Part shown: positions 49,573 through 58,790 of the stretch, piece after piece | Numbering within the stretch: the stretch's first letter is position 1 | How the letters are laid out: each line of letters begins with the position of its first letter | Assembly (NCBI GenBank): GCA_033762295.1 | Contig: JANRLW010000043.1 | Location: forward strand, 1 to 64,000 | DNA: 64,000 bases | Reading direction: 5' to 3' | Origin: Capsulimonadales bacterium | Lineage (GTDB): Bacteria > Armatimonadota > Armatimonadia > Armatimonadales > Armatimonadaceae | Translations under genes and position numbers: made by a program | The notes under the pieces: model-generated | What the model saw: only the letters and a program-made list of their open reading frames with translations | Databases searched by the model: none | Told to the model about the DNA's origin: nothing

Positions 49573-50466
49573 ATGCGGGTTTTAGTGACGGGAACGGCCG
49601 GTCGTGTAGGATCGGTGGTCGCCAGGGAGTTTCTGGCCCACGGATATCAGGTGCGCGGGCTGGATAAAAACCCTCCGCACGAGGACCTGCGCGGCCGTAT
49701 CGAAACGGTGTACGCCGACCTGACGGACCGATTCGCCCTGCTTCGGGCTGCCGACGGCTGCGAGGCCATCGCCCATCTGGCGGCGATTCCGACCCCGTCC
49801 CATGGAGAGGAAGGCATTTTCCCGACCAACGTCACCGGCACGCAGTACCTGCTGGCGGCGGCGGAAGCGACCGGAATACGGCGCGTCGCCCTTGCCTCGA
49901 CCTGCTGTACGTTCGGAATCTACTTCGCCCGACATCCGTTCGATCCGCAGTATTTTCCGATGGATGAACGGCATCCCGCGCTACCGCAGGATATGTACGG
50001 CCTCTCCAAACTTCTCAACGAGGAGACGGCGGCGGCGTACACCCGGCGGGCGGGAATCACCACCGTCTGTCTGCGCCTGACCACGGTCGTGGATTTCGGA
50101 AACCGCCAGTACTTTCATTGGTGGCGACACGGTCTGACGAGCGACCGGGAACGCCGTAACGATATGTGGTCGTATGTGGACGTGCGGGACGCGGCGCGCG
50201 CTTTCCGTCTGGCGATTGAGAACGCGGTCGACGGAACGAGCGCCGTCGCCATCATCGCCCGGCGCGATTCCCTGACCGCGCATGATATTCGCCATCTTGT
50301 AAAGCGACATTTCCCGGCACTCGCGCCCCAGGTGGAAACGTTCGAACCGACACAGTGCCTGTACCGAACCGATATGGCCGAGAACGCCTTCGGATTCGTC
50401 GCCGAACACTCATGGCGGGAAGTACCCGAACTGTCGGACCTTAAACCGGAATTCAACGAAGAATAG
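49573..50466 (+). CDS. NAD-dependent epimerase/dehydratase (extended SDR)
   Basis: TGTAGRVG, HLAA, YGLSK, YVDVRD. Confidence 0.9.
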   Translation: MRVLVTGTAGRVGSVVAREFLAHGYQVRGLDKNPPHEDLRGRIETVYADLTDRFALLRAADGCEAIAHLAAIPTPSHGEEGIFPTNVTGTQYLLAAAEATGIRRVALASTCCTFGIYFARHPFDPQYFPMDERHPALPQDMYGLSKLLNEETAAAYTRRAGITTVCLRLTTVVDFGNRQYFHWWRHGLTSDRERRNDMWSYVDVRDAARAFRLAIENAVDGTSAVAIIARRDSLTAHDIRHLVKRHFPALAPQVETFEPTQCLYRTDMAENAFGFVAEHSWREVPELSDLKPEFNEE

Positions 50467-50482
50467 GGAACGGAGGCTTTTC

Positions 50483-51520
50483 ATGGGGGAAGGGCGTCGG
50501 AGGTGGGTTGCGTTTTTCGGTCTCTGGTGTCTGTATTCGGTCGCGACCATCGGCACCGCGAACGCCGACGTGAAAATCGAGCGTGTCCGGTACAAAGGGT
50601 GGAGCGACTGCTGGAAACTCTCCAACGGGACCGTCGAACTGGTGCTGGTCCCGGCGGTTTCGCGCATCCTGCATTACGGTTTCAAAGGCGGTCCGAACCT
50701 CCTCTGGGAAAACCGGCCCCTGGCCGGGACGGTCGGGGACGGAAAAACGGGAGATTGGCGAAATGTCGGCGGGGACAAAGTCTGGCCCTGGCCGCAGGAC
50801 GACTGGGAGCGATTACTGCCGAGGGCCTGGCCGCCACCCCCCGTCGCCGACGCACTCCCGGTTCAGGTCACCGTCGTCGGCAAAGATACGCTTCGTACCA
50901 CCTCCGACCGACTGATGCCCTGGGGGGTTCGCATCCTGCGGGAGATACGCATGGAACCGACCGGAACCGGGGTGCATATCGTCAGTCGGTTCGTTCGTGA
51001 AACCGACGGGGAGGTCGCGCCCTGCGCCCCCTGGACGGTCACGCAGGTTCCGGCGACGCCCTGGGTAATCGCTCGTCTCCTTCCTGCTTCGACTCTGCCG
51101 GACGGATACAAATCGTTCAGCGGCGAGGCGAAGTTCAAAAGCGTTACGAAACTGCCGGAGGGCGTCTTGCTGGTCGAACGGAACCCGACGCAGGCGACCA
51201 AGATCGGCTTCGATGGCGATATCCTGGCGACGCTGCAGGCGGATACGCTGTTTCTGATTCGACAGGCGAAGTCGCTTCCCGCCGACCACCGGGGAGGCGC
51301 CTGGGCACCCGGAGATCGGGCGCAGTTGTATTCGCAACCGGACGACGCGAACGCGGCGAAGGCCGGCACCCTGCCCTACATCGAACTGGAAATGACCGCC
51401 CCACGGAAAAGCCTGAAGAAAGGGGAGACGGTGACGCTGGCGCAGTTCTGGGAACTGCGCCGACTGCCCGAACCGCAACGGAATCCGTCGGGGGTCGCCG
51501 TTCTGTTAAAATCGCTTTGA
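50483..51520 (+). CDS. exported hypothetical protein (DUF4380-like)
   Basis: Signal peptide, Y.GW, L.NG, GGDKVWPWPQ, YIELE. Confidence 0.65.
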   Translation: MGEGRRRWVAFFGLWCLYSVATIGTANADVKIERVRYKGWSDCWKLSNGTVELVLVPAVSRILHYGFKGGPNLLWENRPLAGTVGDGKTGDWRNVGGDKVWPWPQDDWERLLPRAWPPPPVADALPVQVTVVGKDTLRTTSDRLMPWGVRILREIRMEPTGTGVHIVSRFVRETDGEVAPCAPWTVTQVPATPWVIARLLPASTLPDGYKSFSGEAKFKSVTKLPEGVLLVERNPTQATKIGFDGDILATLQADTLFLIRQAKSLPADHRGGAWAPGDRAQLYSQPDDANAAKAGTLPYIELEMTAPRKSLKKGETVTLAQFWELRRLPEPQRNPSGVAVLLKSL

Positions 51521-52434
51521 TCGTATCTGAGATTTCCGGCCGACTATCCGCTCCGAACGGTTTCGTCCTGACGACAACCGCCGACCGGAGTATCGAACAA
51601 CTTGCCCTCACGGCCAATCGGACATTCGAAGGATATCCGATGCCGATCCAACACACGCCGGAGGGGTTCGCGACGTTTTGCCGTCTGCACCACCTGGATA
51701 TCGCGCAATCGGTCCAGTTACGCGATGATTCCGGGAACGTGGTCGGACAGGCCATGCTGGGCATCCGTGACCGGCGGGGGTGGTGTGGCGGGTTCGGCAT
51801 CGTCCCGGAGTTCCGGGGAAAGCGATTGGCGACGGCGCTGATCGACGGACTGCTCGACCGCGCCCGGCTGAACGGGTTAAAAGTCCTGCAACTCGAAGTC
51901 CTGTGCGACAACGAACCCGCCCTGCGGACCTACCGGCGCGCCGGGTTCGTCGTTCGGCGAGAGGTGATCAGTTTCGCCGGACCGATCGCCGAAAATCTTC
52001 ATCGGACGACCGAGTCCGCCGAGGTCCGCCCCGTTCCGATCCTCGAAGCGATCGCGCGTTTCGCATTGAATGAAACCCTGTGGGAAACCAGTCCTGTCTG
52101 GCAGCGTCAGATCGCCTTGCTATACCTGCGGACCGATCTCCGGGCGTTCGGCGCGACGGCGAACGACGGCACGGCGCAGATCCTTTACGGGTTTCAGACG
52201 GCGACGGGCTTTCTGCGGATAGACCGCCTGGATTTCGATTCGGAAGCGGCCGCCCGCGCCGTACTGAGGCGGGCGATCAACGAAGCCGCGGCCGCCCTCC
52301 GCGACGCCGGTGAAAACCGCCCGATCAAGTGGATCGTCCTGAACGAACCCACTGACACGCCTCTGTATGCCCTACTGGATCGGCTGATGGTTCCGATCAC
52401 TTACCGGCAATACGAGATGTCCCTCGATCTTTGA
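51517..52434 (+). CDS. GNAT acetyltransferase
   Basis: GIVPEFRGKRLA, LEV...N.PA...Y...GF. Confidence 0.85.
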   Translation: MIVSEISGRLSAPNGFVLTTTADRSIEQLALTANRTFEGYPMPIQHTPEGFATFCRLHHLDIAQSVQLRDDSGNVVGQAMLGIRDRRGWCGGFGIVPEFRGKRLATALIDGLLDRARLNGLKVLQLEVLCDNEPALRTYRRAGFVVRREVISFAGPIAENLHRTTESAEVRPVPILEAIARFALNETLWETSPVWQRQIALLYLRTDLRAFGATANDGTAQILYGFQTATGFLRIDRLDFDSEAAARAVLRRAINEAAAALRDAGENRPIKWIVLNEPTDTPLYALLDRLMVPITYRQYEMSLDL

Positions 52435-52441
52435 GACTGAT

Positions 52442-52470
52442 TTGACAGGGGGAGGGCGGACGGGTATAAT
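52442..52470 (+). promoter_or_regulatory. consensus sigma70 promoter of pyrK-pyrD
   Basis: TTGACA-N17-TATAAT. Confidence 0.85.
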
Positions 52471-52490
52471 CGCGCTTCAGGACGCCTAAC

Positions 52491-53279
52491 GTGATACGAA
52501 AACTCCTCGCCCCTGTCGTCAGGAATACCCCGCTTTCCGCTCCCGGTCATTTCGTTCTGGAGTTAGAGGCGGCGGAGATGGCGGCCGAGGCCAGACCCGG
52601 TCAGTTCATCGCCGTCACCGATCGAACGAACACCCAGCTTTTGCGTCGGCCTTTCTCCATCTACACGGCGGACCCCGCGTCCGGAGTGTGCAGTATTCTC
52701 TTCTCGGTGTACGGGGCGACCACCGGAGCCATGTCCCGGATGGTACCGGGCGAGAAAATGGACATCATCGGTCCGCTGGGTGGGCGGGTTTTCGCAGCCG
52801 ATGGACGTCCCGGAGCGCATCATGTCATGGTCGGCGGCGGGTATGGCGTGCCACCCCTCGTGTTCCTCTCCCGACGAATCAAAGCCGATCACCCGGAGGC
52901 GAAAATTACCTTCATCAACGGAGCGCGGACCAAGGCGTTTCTGGTCGGCACCGATGGTCTGGACGACGAAGGCATCCCGGTACTTTCCTGCACCGATGAC
53001 GGCACCTGCGGCATTCATGGGCGTGTGACGGTTGCGCTCGAACCGATCCTGTCGACCGGAGAACCGGTGCAGGTCTACACCTGTGGGCCGACCCCGATGA
53101 TGCGCGCGGTGGCGGAACGGTCGATCGCCGCCGGAGTGCCATGTCAGGTCAGCATGGAGACGTTCATGCCCTGCGGTATCGGCATCTGCATGGGCTGCGC
53201 GGTGGCGACGACCGACGGCAGGTTCGCCCGTGGCTGTACCGACGGTCCGGTGTTTCCGGCGCATGAGGTGAGATGGTGA
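52491..53279 (+). CDS. pyrK: dihydroorotate dehydrogenase electron transfer subunit
   Basis: PGQF, LRRPFS, GPLG, CGPTPMM, CGIGICMGC...C.DGPVF. Confidence 0.94.
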   Translation: MIRKLLAPVVRNTPLSAPGHFVLELEAAEMAAEARPGQFIAVTDRTNTQLLRRPFSIYTADPASGVCSILFSVYGATTGAMSRMVPGEKMDIIGPLGGRVFAADGRPGAHHVMVGGGYGVPPLVFLSRRIKADHPEAKITFINGARTKAFLVGTDGLDDEGIPVLSCTDDGTCGIHGRVTVALEPILSTGEPVQVYTCGPTPMMRAVAERSIAAGVPCQVSMETFMPCGIGICMGCAVATTDGRFARGCTDGPVFPAHEVRW

Positions 53280-54190
53280 GCGTTCCCGATCTCTCGGTCC
53301 GTATCGGCGGCCTGCAGATGCGAAATCCCGTCACGGTCGGCTCGGGCACCTTCGGATTCGGTTCGGAGGTCGCCGACCTGGTCGACCTGAACGCGCTGGG
53401 CGCGGTGACCGTAAAGGCGACGACGTCACAGGCTCGGATCGGTAACCCGCCCGCCCGGATCGTCGAAACGGCGAGCGGGATGTTGAACGCGATCGGACTC
53501 CAGAACGGCGGAATCGACCACTACCTCGCCGAAAAACTGCCCTTCCTGCGACGGTACGACTGCCCGATCATCGTCAACGTCCCCGGCGAGAACCCGGAGG
53601 ATTTCGCCTTCGTGGTCGAGCGTCTGACGGCGGCGGGCGGCGCGGACGCGATCGAACTCAACATCTCCTGTCCGAACGTCTCGCACGGCCTTGACTATGC
53701 GACGGACCCGAGGCTGACCGCCGAAGTGGTGGCACGCTGTCGCCGGGCCACCCCGCTGCCGCTGATCGCCAAACTGTCGCCGAACGTCACCGATATCCGG
53801 CCGATCGCGCGCGCGGCGGAGGAGGCGGGGGCGGACGCCCTCTCGCTGATCAACACCGTGGTCGGAACCAGTATCGACGCGAAGAAACGCACGTTCCGGC
53901 TGGCAAATATCACCGGGGGACTGTCCGGCCCCGCCATCAAGCCGATCGCCCTGTTGCATGTTTACCGCGCCGCGCAAACCGTGAGAATCCCGATCATCGG
54001 GATGGGCGGCATCATGAACGCTACCGATGCGATCGAGTTTCTGCTGGCCGGCGCGAGCGCGGTCGCCGTTGGCACGGCGAACTTTGTCAACCCGTTGGCC
54101 GCCATCGAGATCGCCGACGGGATCGGTCAGTATCTTTCCGAAAACGGTTTTGCCTCCGTTCGCGACATCGTCGGAACCGTTTCGGCGTGA
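53273..54190 (+). CDS. pyrD: dihydroorotate dehydrogenase 1B catalytic subunit
   Basis: SGTFG, MLNAIGLQN, ELNISCPN, KLSPN, GGLSGPAIKP. Confidence 0.96.
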   Translation: MVSVPDLSVRIGGLQMRNPVTVGSGTFGFGSEVADLVDLNALGAVTVKATTSQARIGNPPARIVETASGMLNAIGLQNGGIDHYLAEKLPFLRRYDCPIIVNVPGENPEDFAFVVERLTAAGGADAIELNISCPNVSHGLDYATDPRLTAEVVARCRRATPLPLIAKLSPNVTDIRPIARAAEEAGADALSLINTVVGTSIDAKKRTFRLANITGGLSGPAIKPIALLHVYRAAQTVRIPIIGMGGIMNATDAIEFLLAGASAVAVGTANFVNPLAAIEIADGIGQYLSENGFASVRDIVGTVSA

Positions 54191-54321
54191 CTTTTTCCGC
54201 AGTGACCCCTGAAAACGGTCCGGATCGACGATCCGCCATGCTATACTGAAGAATAGTCACCGTACGCGGATGCCTGCACCCCTGAGGTTGCGTCCCACAC
54301 GACAACGAAAGGTGCTGCGCC

Positions 54322-54495
54322 ATGAGCGTTGCCGAACCCAATTTGAACCGAATGCGCCCCCCACGCCCCCGGCGCGTTTTTGATCCCACCGGAGACGGAA
54401 AACCGATAACCGAAGCGGTCGAACCCCGCGGATCGAGGTCGCACGCCCTCGACACCGTCCCCGACACCGTCCCCGAAACCGTCCGCGAGAACTGA
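54322..54495 (+). CDS. 57-codon ORF upstream of and in frame with the ABC exporter
   Basis: SD-like GAAAGG, ATG 54322, TGA 54493-54495; below the ORF-track length cut-off. Confidence 0.4.
   Translation: MSVAEPNLNRMRPPRPRRVFDPTGDGKPITEAVEPRGSRSHALDTVPDTVPETVREN
54451..54486 (+). repeat. 12-bp tandem repeat, three copies
   Basis: GACACCGTCCCC GACACCGTCCCC GAAACCGTCCGC (DTVP DTVP ETVR). Confidence 0.8.
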
Positions 54496-54498
54496 ACC

Positions 54499-56280
54499 AT
54501 GGAGAACTACAAACGCCTGTTGCGCTACCTGCGACCGTACCGCGTACGGGTATCGCTGGCCATCGTGCTGATGTTCGTGGTCACCCTGTCGGCCATTCCC
54601 ATGCCGCTGTTCCAGAAACAGGTGCTGGATGTCGCCATTCCGGGCCGGGATGTCGGCATGCTTTGGATGATTTTCTTCGGAGTGATCGGACTGACCGGAC
54701 TGCGCGGCATCGTCTCCTACACGCTGAACTACATCATCGGATGGCTCGGCCAGCGGGTCGTGTTCGATCTGCGCTTCCAATCGTACCGACACCTGCAACG
54801 TTTGTCCCTCGCCTATTATGATGGGCGTCAGCCGGGGAAGATCATGGCGCGGTTGACCGGCGACATCGATGTCATTCAATATGCGCTGACACAGGGGTTC
54901 GTTTATCTGATCACCGACATCGCTACGCTTTTCATCGTTATCGGCTGGCTCTTCCTCCTGGAATGGCGTCTGGCTCTGCTCGCCGTGGGAATCCTCCCCC
55001 TCTACGTTCTGAACTATAAACTGCTCCTGTCGCGTATCCGTAAGGTCAGCGTCGAACTGCGGGAACGCTGGGAGAAGATGATCTCCACCTTGACCGAAAA
55101 GGTGGGCGCGATCGCCGTGGTCAAGGCGTTCGCCCGCGAGGGATACGAGACCGAACATTTCATGGAGACGGTCGCCAACAACTTCAAACTCAGCATGCAG
55201 CAGACCCGTCTCAACCGCTTTCTCGGCGCGACCTCTCAGTTGATCCGGATGCTCGGAACGGGTGGCCTGCTCTGGTACGGCGGCGCGATGGTGCTGGGTC
55301 GCCAGTTGAAACCGGGCGAACTGCTGGCATTCTACTCCTATATCGGTTATCTTTACGAACCTGCCGTTCGTGTGGTCGACTTCAACGTTCAGCTGCAGTG
55401 GGCGAACGCATCGATCGATCGCGTCTTCGAGACGCTCGATACCCGTCCGGAGATCATCGATGCGACCGATGCCGTTCACCTGCCGACCGTCCGTGGGGAT
55501 GTCGAATTTCGAAACGTCACCTTCGGCTACGATCCGGAGCAGCCGGTCGTCCATAATATCACCTTCCGAATCCATCCGGGGGAGATCATCGCCATCGTCG
55601 GTCCGAGCGGCGCCGGGAAATCCACGCTCGTGAACCTTCTGGCCCGGTTCTACGATGTCACCGGCGACGGGGCGGTTCTGGTGGACGGGCACGACGTCCG
55701 CAAAGTGCGCCTGGAAACCATGCGTCGACATATCGGGATGGTGACCCAGGAGACGATCCTCTTTTCGGTAACCCTCAGGGAAAATATTCGCTACGGAAGA
55801 CGAGATGCCACGGACGAGCAGGTCATCGCCGCCGCGAAGGCGGCCGAAATGCACGACTTCATCCTGTCGCTCCCGGACGGTTACGAGACAAAGATCGGCG
55901 AGGACGGCATCAAACTTTCCGGCGGGCAGAAACAGCGAATGAGCATCGCCCGCGCGATCCTCGCGGACCCGCGCATCCTGATCCTGGATGACGCGACCTC
56001 GGCGCTGGACAGCCATACCGAGGCGAACATTCAGGCGGCACTGGCGGAACTGATGAAAGGACGCACCAACTTCGTCATCGCGCACCGACTGTCGACGATC
56101 ATGAACGCCGACCGAATCCTGGTCATGAACGAGGGCCGGATCGTGGATTTCGGAACCCATGCCGAACTGGTCAACCGTCCCGGCATCTACCGCGACCTCT
56201 ACAACGAGCAGTTCAAAACCGTGGGCATGCTCTCCGACGAGGACAAAGCGCGTCTCCTCACCGTGGCGGCCGTCGGCTGA
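54499..56280 (+). CDS. ABC exporter, fused TMD-NBD half transporter (MsbA/Sav1866-like)
   Basis: TM domain, GPSGAGKST, LSGGQKQR, LILDDATSALD, IAHRLST. Confidence 0.93.
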   Translation: MENYKRLLRYLRPYRVRVSLAIVLMFVVTLSAIPMPLFQKQVLDVAIPGRDVGMLWMIFFGVIGLTGLRGIVSYTLNYIIGWLGQRVVFDLRFQSYRHLQRLSLAYYDGRQPGKIMARLTGDIDVIQYALTQGFVYLITDIATLFIVIGWLFLLEWRLALLAVGILPLYVLNYKLLLSRIRKVSVELRERWEKMISTLTEKVGAIAVVKAFAREGYETEHFMETVANNFKLSMQQTRLNRFLGATSQLIRMLGTGGLLWYGGAMVLGRQLKPGELLAFYSYIGYLYEPAVRVVDFNVQLQWANASIDRVFETLDTRPEIIDATDAVHLPTVRGDVEFRNVTFGYDPEQPVVHNITFRIHPGEIIAIVGPSGAGKSTLVNLLARFYDVTGDGAVLVDGHDVRKVRLETMRRHIGMVTQETILFSVTLRENIRYGRRDATDEQVIAAAKAAEMHDFILSLPDGYETKIGEDGIKLSGGQKQRMSIARAILADPRILILDDATSALDSHTEANIQAALAELMKGRTNFVIAHRLSTIMNADRILVMNEGRIVDFGTHAELVNRPGIYRDLYNEQFKTVGMLSDEDKARLLTVAAVG

Positions 56281-56297
56281 GAGGACGCAGCCGGAGA

Positions 56298-56331
56298 AAC
56301 GGTCCCGAAGGCGGATGCCTTCGAGACCGTT
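56298..56331. terminator. inverted repeat between convergent genes
   Basis: AACGGTCCCGAAGGC-ggat-GCCTTCGAGACCGTT. Confidence 0.55.
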
Positions 56332-56349
56332 CGTGGGGAACGGACGCCG

Positions 56350-58491
56350 TCAGAGGTTGCCCTCGGCGCGACGGTGTTCGTAATCGGCGATCAGCGGTTC
56401 CGACAGGTGGGCGGGCAGTTCCGCGTAGTGCGAGATCGTCAGGAAGAACGAACCGCGTCCGCGCGCCAGCGAACGGAGATCGCTGACATACCGTTGCAGC
56501 GAGGCCGCGGGGACGTGCGCTCGAACGATCTGATAACCGGTCTGATCCGCCGGTTCGATCCCGATAACATGACCGCGTCGGGTACTGATATCGCTCACGA
56601 TGTCGCCCAGGTTTGCATCCGGGATCGTCACCGAGAGTTCGGCGATCGGCTCCAGCAGACGGACCCCGGCCTGACGAGCGGCGTTTGCGAACGCCAGCAC
56701 GCCCGCCGTATGGAATGCCGCTTCCGACGAATCGACGGTGTGGAAGGAGCCGTCGTCCACCGTGACGCGCACATCCCGCATCGGGTAACCGGCGACGACG
56801 CCCCGCGCCATCGCCTCACGAACGCCTTTCTCGATGGCCGGTAGGTACTGTCGCGGGATCGCCCCACCGACGATCCGATCCACGAACTCGAAGCCACTGC
56901 CGAAGGGCAGGGGTTCCACGGTCAGCCAGCAGTCGCCGAACTGCCCGTGTCCGCCGGTCTGTTTCTTGTGGCGGCCCTGCGCCCGCGCCGAACGGGTCAG
57001 CGCTTCGCGATACGGAATCTTCGGCGGACGGGTCTCCAGGTTCGCCCCGAACCGCGCCAGACGCGCCAGGGCGACTTCCAAATGGGTTTCGCCCAGGGCT
57101 TCAAGGAGCGTCTCACCGGTCTCTTCGTCCCGGCGCGAACGGAAACAGGGGTCCTCCTCCGAAACGCGGGCCAGGGCGTTGCCCATTTTATCCTCGTCGC
57201 TTTTGGTTCGGGCGTAGGCGGCGAACGTCAGCCTGGGTTCCGGGAAGGCGATCGGGGGATAAAGGATCGGCTGGCTGCGGTCACACAGCGTGTCGCCGGT
57301 CGCGGTGGAGGTAAGTTTGGCGACGGCGGCGATCTCCCCGGCACGAACGATCGTCAGCGGTTGCTGTTGTTTCCCACGCAGGCGGAAGAGCGGACCGATA
57401 CGTTCCTCGGTACCTTTTCCGGCGTTCCGAACGACGGTATCCGGGGTCAGCGTTCCCGAAAGAACACGGAAGCATGTGATCTTGCCGACGTAGGGATCGG
57501 CGAAGGTTTTGAAGACGAAAGCGGAGAAGGGGGCGTCCTCCCGGCAGGGACGCGTTTGCCGTTTCCCGGTCTGCGGGTTCGTCCCCTCGGCATCCGGGAT
57601 TTCGTCGGGAGACTCGAACTCGAGGGCAAGGTGCGACAGTAGCGGTCGGATTCCGATGCCCCGGAGGGCGGAACCGCAGAAAACCGGCACGATCCGTCCG
57701 CCGAGAAGATCCTCATGGATTCCGCGTTCGATCTCCTCCTCGGTCAGCTCCTGCCCGTCCAGAAACTCCTCGATCAGTTCGTCATCGCCTTCGGCGGCGC
57801 GTTCGATCAGAACGGCGCGCCATTCCTCCACGGCATCCCGCATGTCCTCCGGGATGGGGGCGGGTCGGCAATCCCGGCCCGAACCGATCCATGCGGTCCG
57901 CGTGATCAGATCGACCACTCCCTCGAACGTGGGGCCGGACCCGATCGGCAGAACCGCCGGGACGATATGTTCGCCGAATCGTTGGCGCAGGGCGGTCAGG
58001 GTGCCGTAGAAGTCGGCATTGTCACGGTCCATCTTATTGATAAAGATCGCCTCGGCTTTGTTTACGGCATGTCCGAGGTCGAAGGCCTGTTCCAACCCGT
58101 GATCGAGTTCGCCGTTGGCGACCGCGGGAGTGACCAGGAGAACATCGTCAACGGCCCGGAGGGCGGCGACGTAGTCGCCGAGGAAATCGGGAGAGCCGGG
58201 AGTATCGATCCATGTGAACCGGCGGTCGTCCCAGGCGCAATGGGCGAGAGAAAGTTGAACGCTGATTTTGCGTTTGGCGGATTCCGGGTCGAAGTCGAGG
58301 AGCGAAGCGGCTTCGTCGACTTTTCCCTGACGTTCGACACAGCCGGAGACGTAGAGGATGGCTTCGATCAGAGAGGTCTTGCCCGCACCGGAGTGCCCGG
58401 CCAGGGCGATATTACGAACATCCGAACCACAAGCGCGCGGAGCGGTCGTCGCGGAAACCGACGAGCCGCTCGGTGATAGGGTCACCGACAT
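56350..58491 (-). CDS. elongation factor G paralogue (EF-G II-like)
   Basis: GHSGAGKT, DTPG, NKMD, GSA, KKQTGGHGQFG, H.VDSS; SD AAAGGAGG. Confidence 0.92.
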   Translation of the reverse strand: MSVTLSPSGSSVSATTAPRACGSDVRNIALAGHSGAGKTSLIEAILYVSGCVERQGKVDEAASLLDFDPESAKRKISVQLSLAHCAWDDRRFTWIDTPGSPDFLGDYVAALRAVDDVLLVTPAVANGELDHGLEQAFDLGHAVNKAEAIFINKMDRDNADFYGTLTALRQRFGEHIVPAVLPIGSGPTFEGVVDLITRTAWIGSGRDCRPAPIPEDMRDAVEEWRAVLIERAAEGDDELIEEFLDGQELTEEEIERGIHEDLLGGRIVPVFCGSALRGIGIRPLLSHLALEFESPDEIPDAEGTNPQTGKRQTRPCREDAPFSAFVFKTFADPYVGKITCFRVLSGTLTPDTVVRNAGKGTEERIGPLFRLRGKQQQPLTIVRAGEIAAVAKLTSTATGDTLCDRSQPILYPPIAFPEPRLTFAAYARTKSDEDKMGNALARVSEEDPCFRSRRDEETGETLLEALGETHLEVALARLARFGANLETRPPKIPYREALTRSARAQGRHKKQTGGHGQFGDCWLTVEPLPFGSGFEFVDRIVGGAIPRQYLPAIEKGVREAMARGVVAGYPMRDVRVTVDDGSFHTVDSSEAAFHTAGVLAFANAARQAGVRLLEPIAELSVTIPDANLGDIVSDISTRRGHVIGIEPADQTGYQIVRAHVPAASLQRYVSDLRSLARGRGSFFLTISHYAELPAHLSEPLIADYEHRRAEGNL

Positions 58492-58790
58492 CGGCGGTAC
58501 CTCCTTTCGGGCGCGTTTTCGGTCAGGTGTCGACCGGGAACGCGTCCCGGGCGCTCGCGTCCGCCACCCCGCTGCCGCGTGAGGAAGGGAAAGGCGGTTC
58601 GGGTGAGCGGGGGGTGGGCGTGGGAACCCGTATTCGGTTTTGAGATGGCCTTCGTGGGAAGGTTATAGACACTATACCGGCGGAAATCACGAAATCGCGC
58701 CCGTTTCGCGTCGGATCAGGAGAATTTCGGCACAATCCGTCGAATTGCGGACCCTCTCGGGCAGGCTCCCGTTCGGCAGGGAACGGAGTT

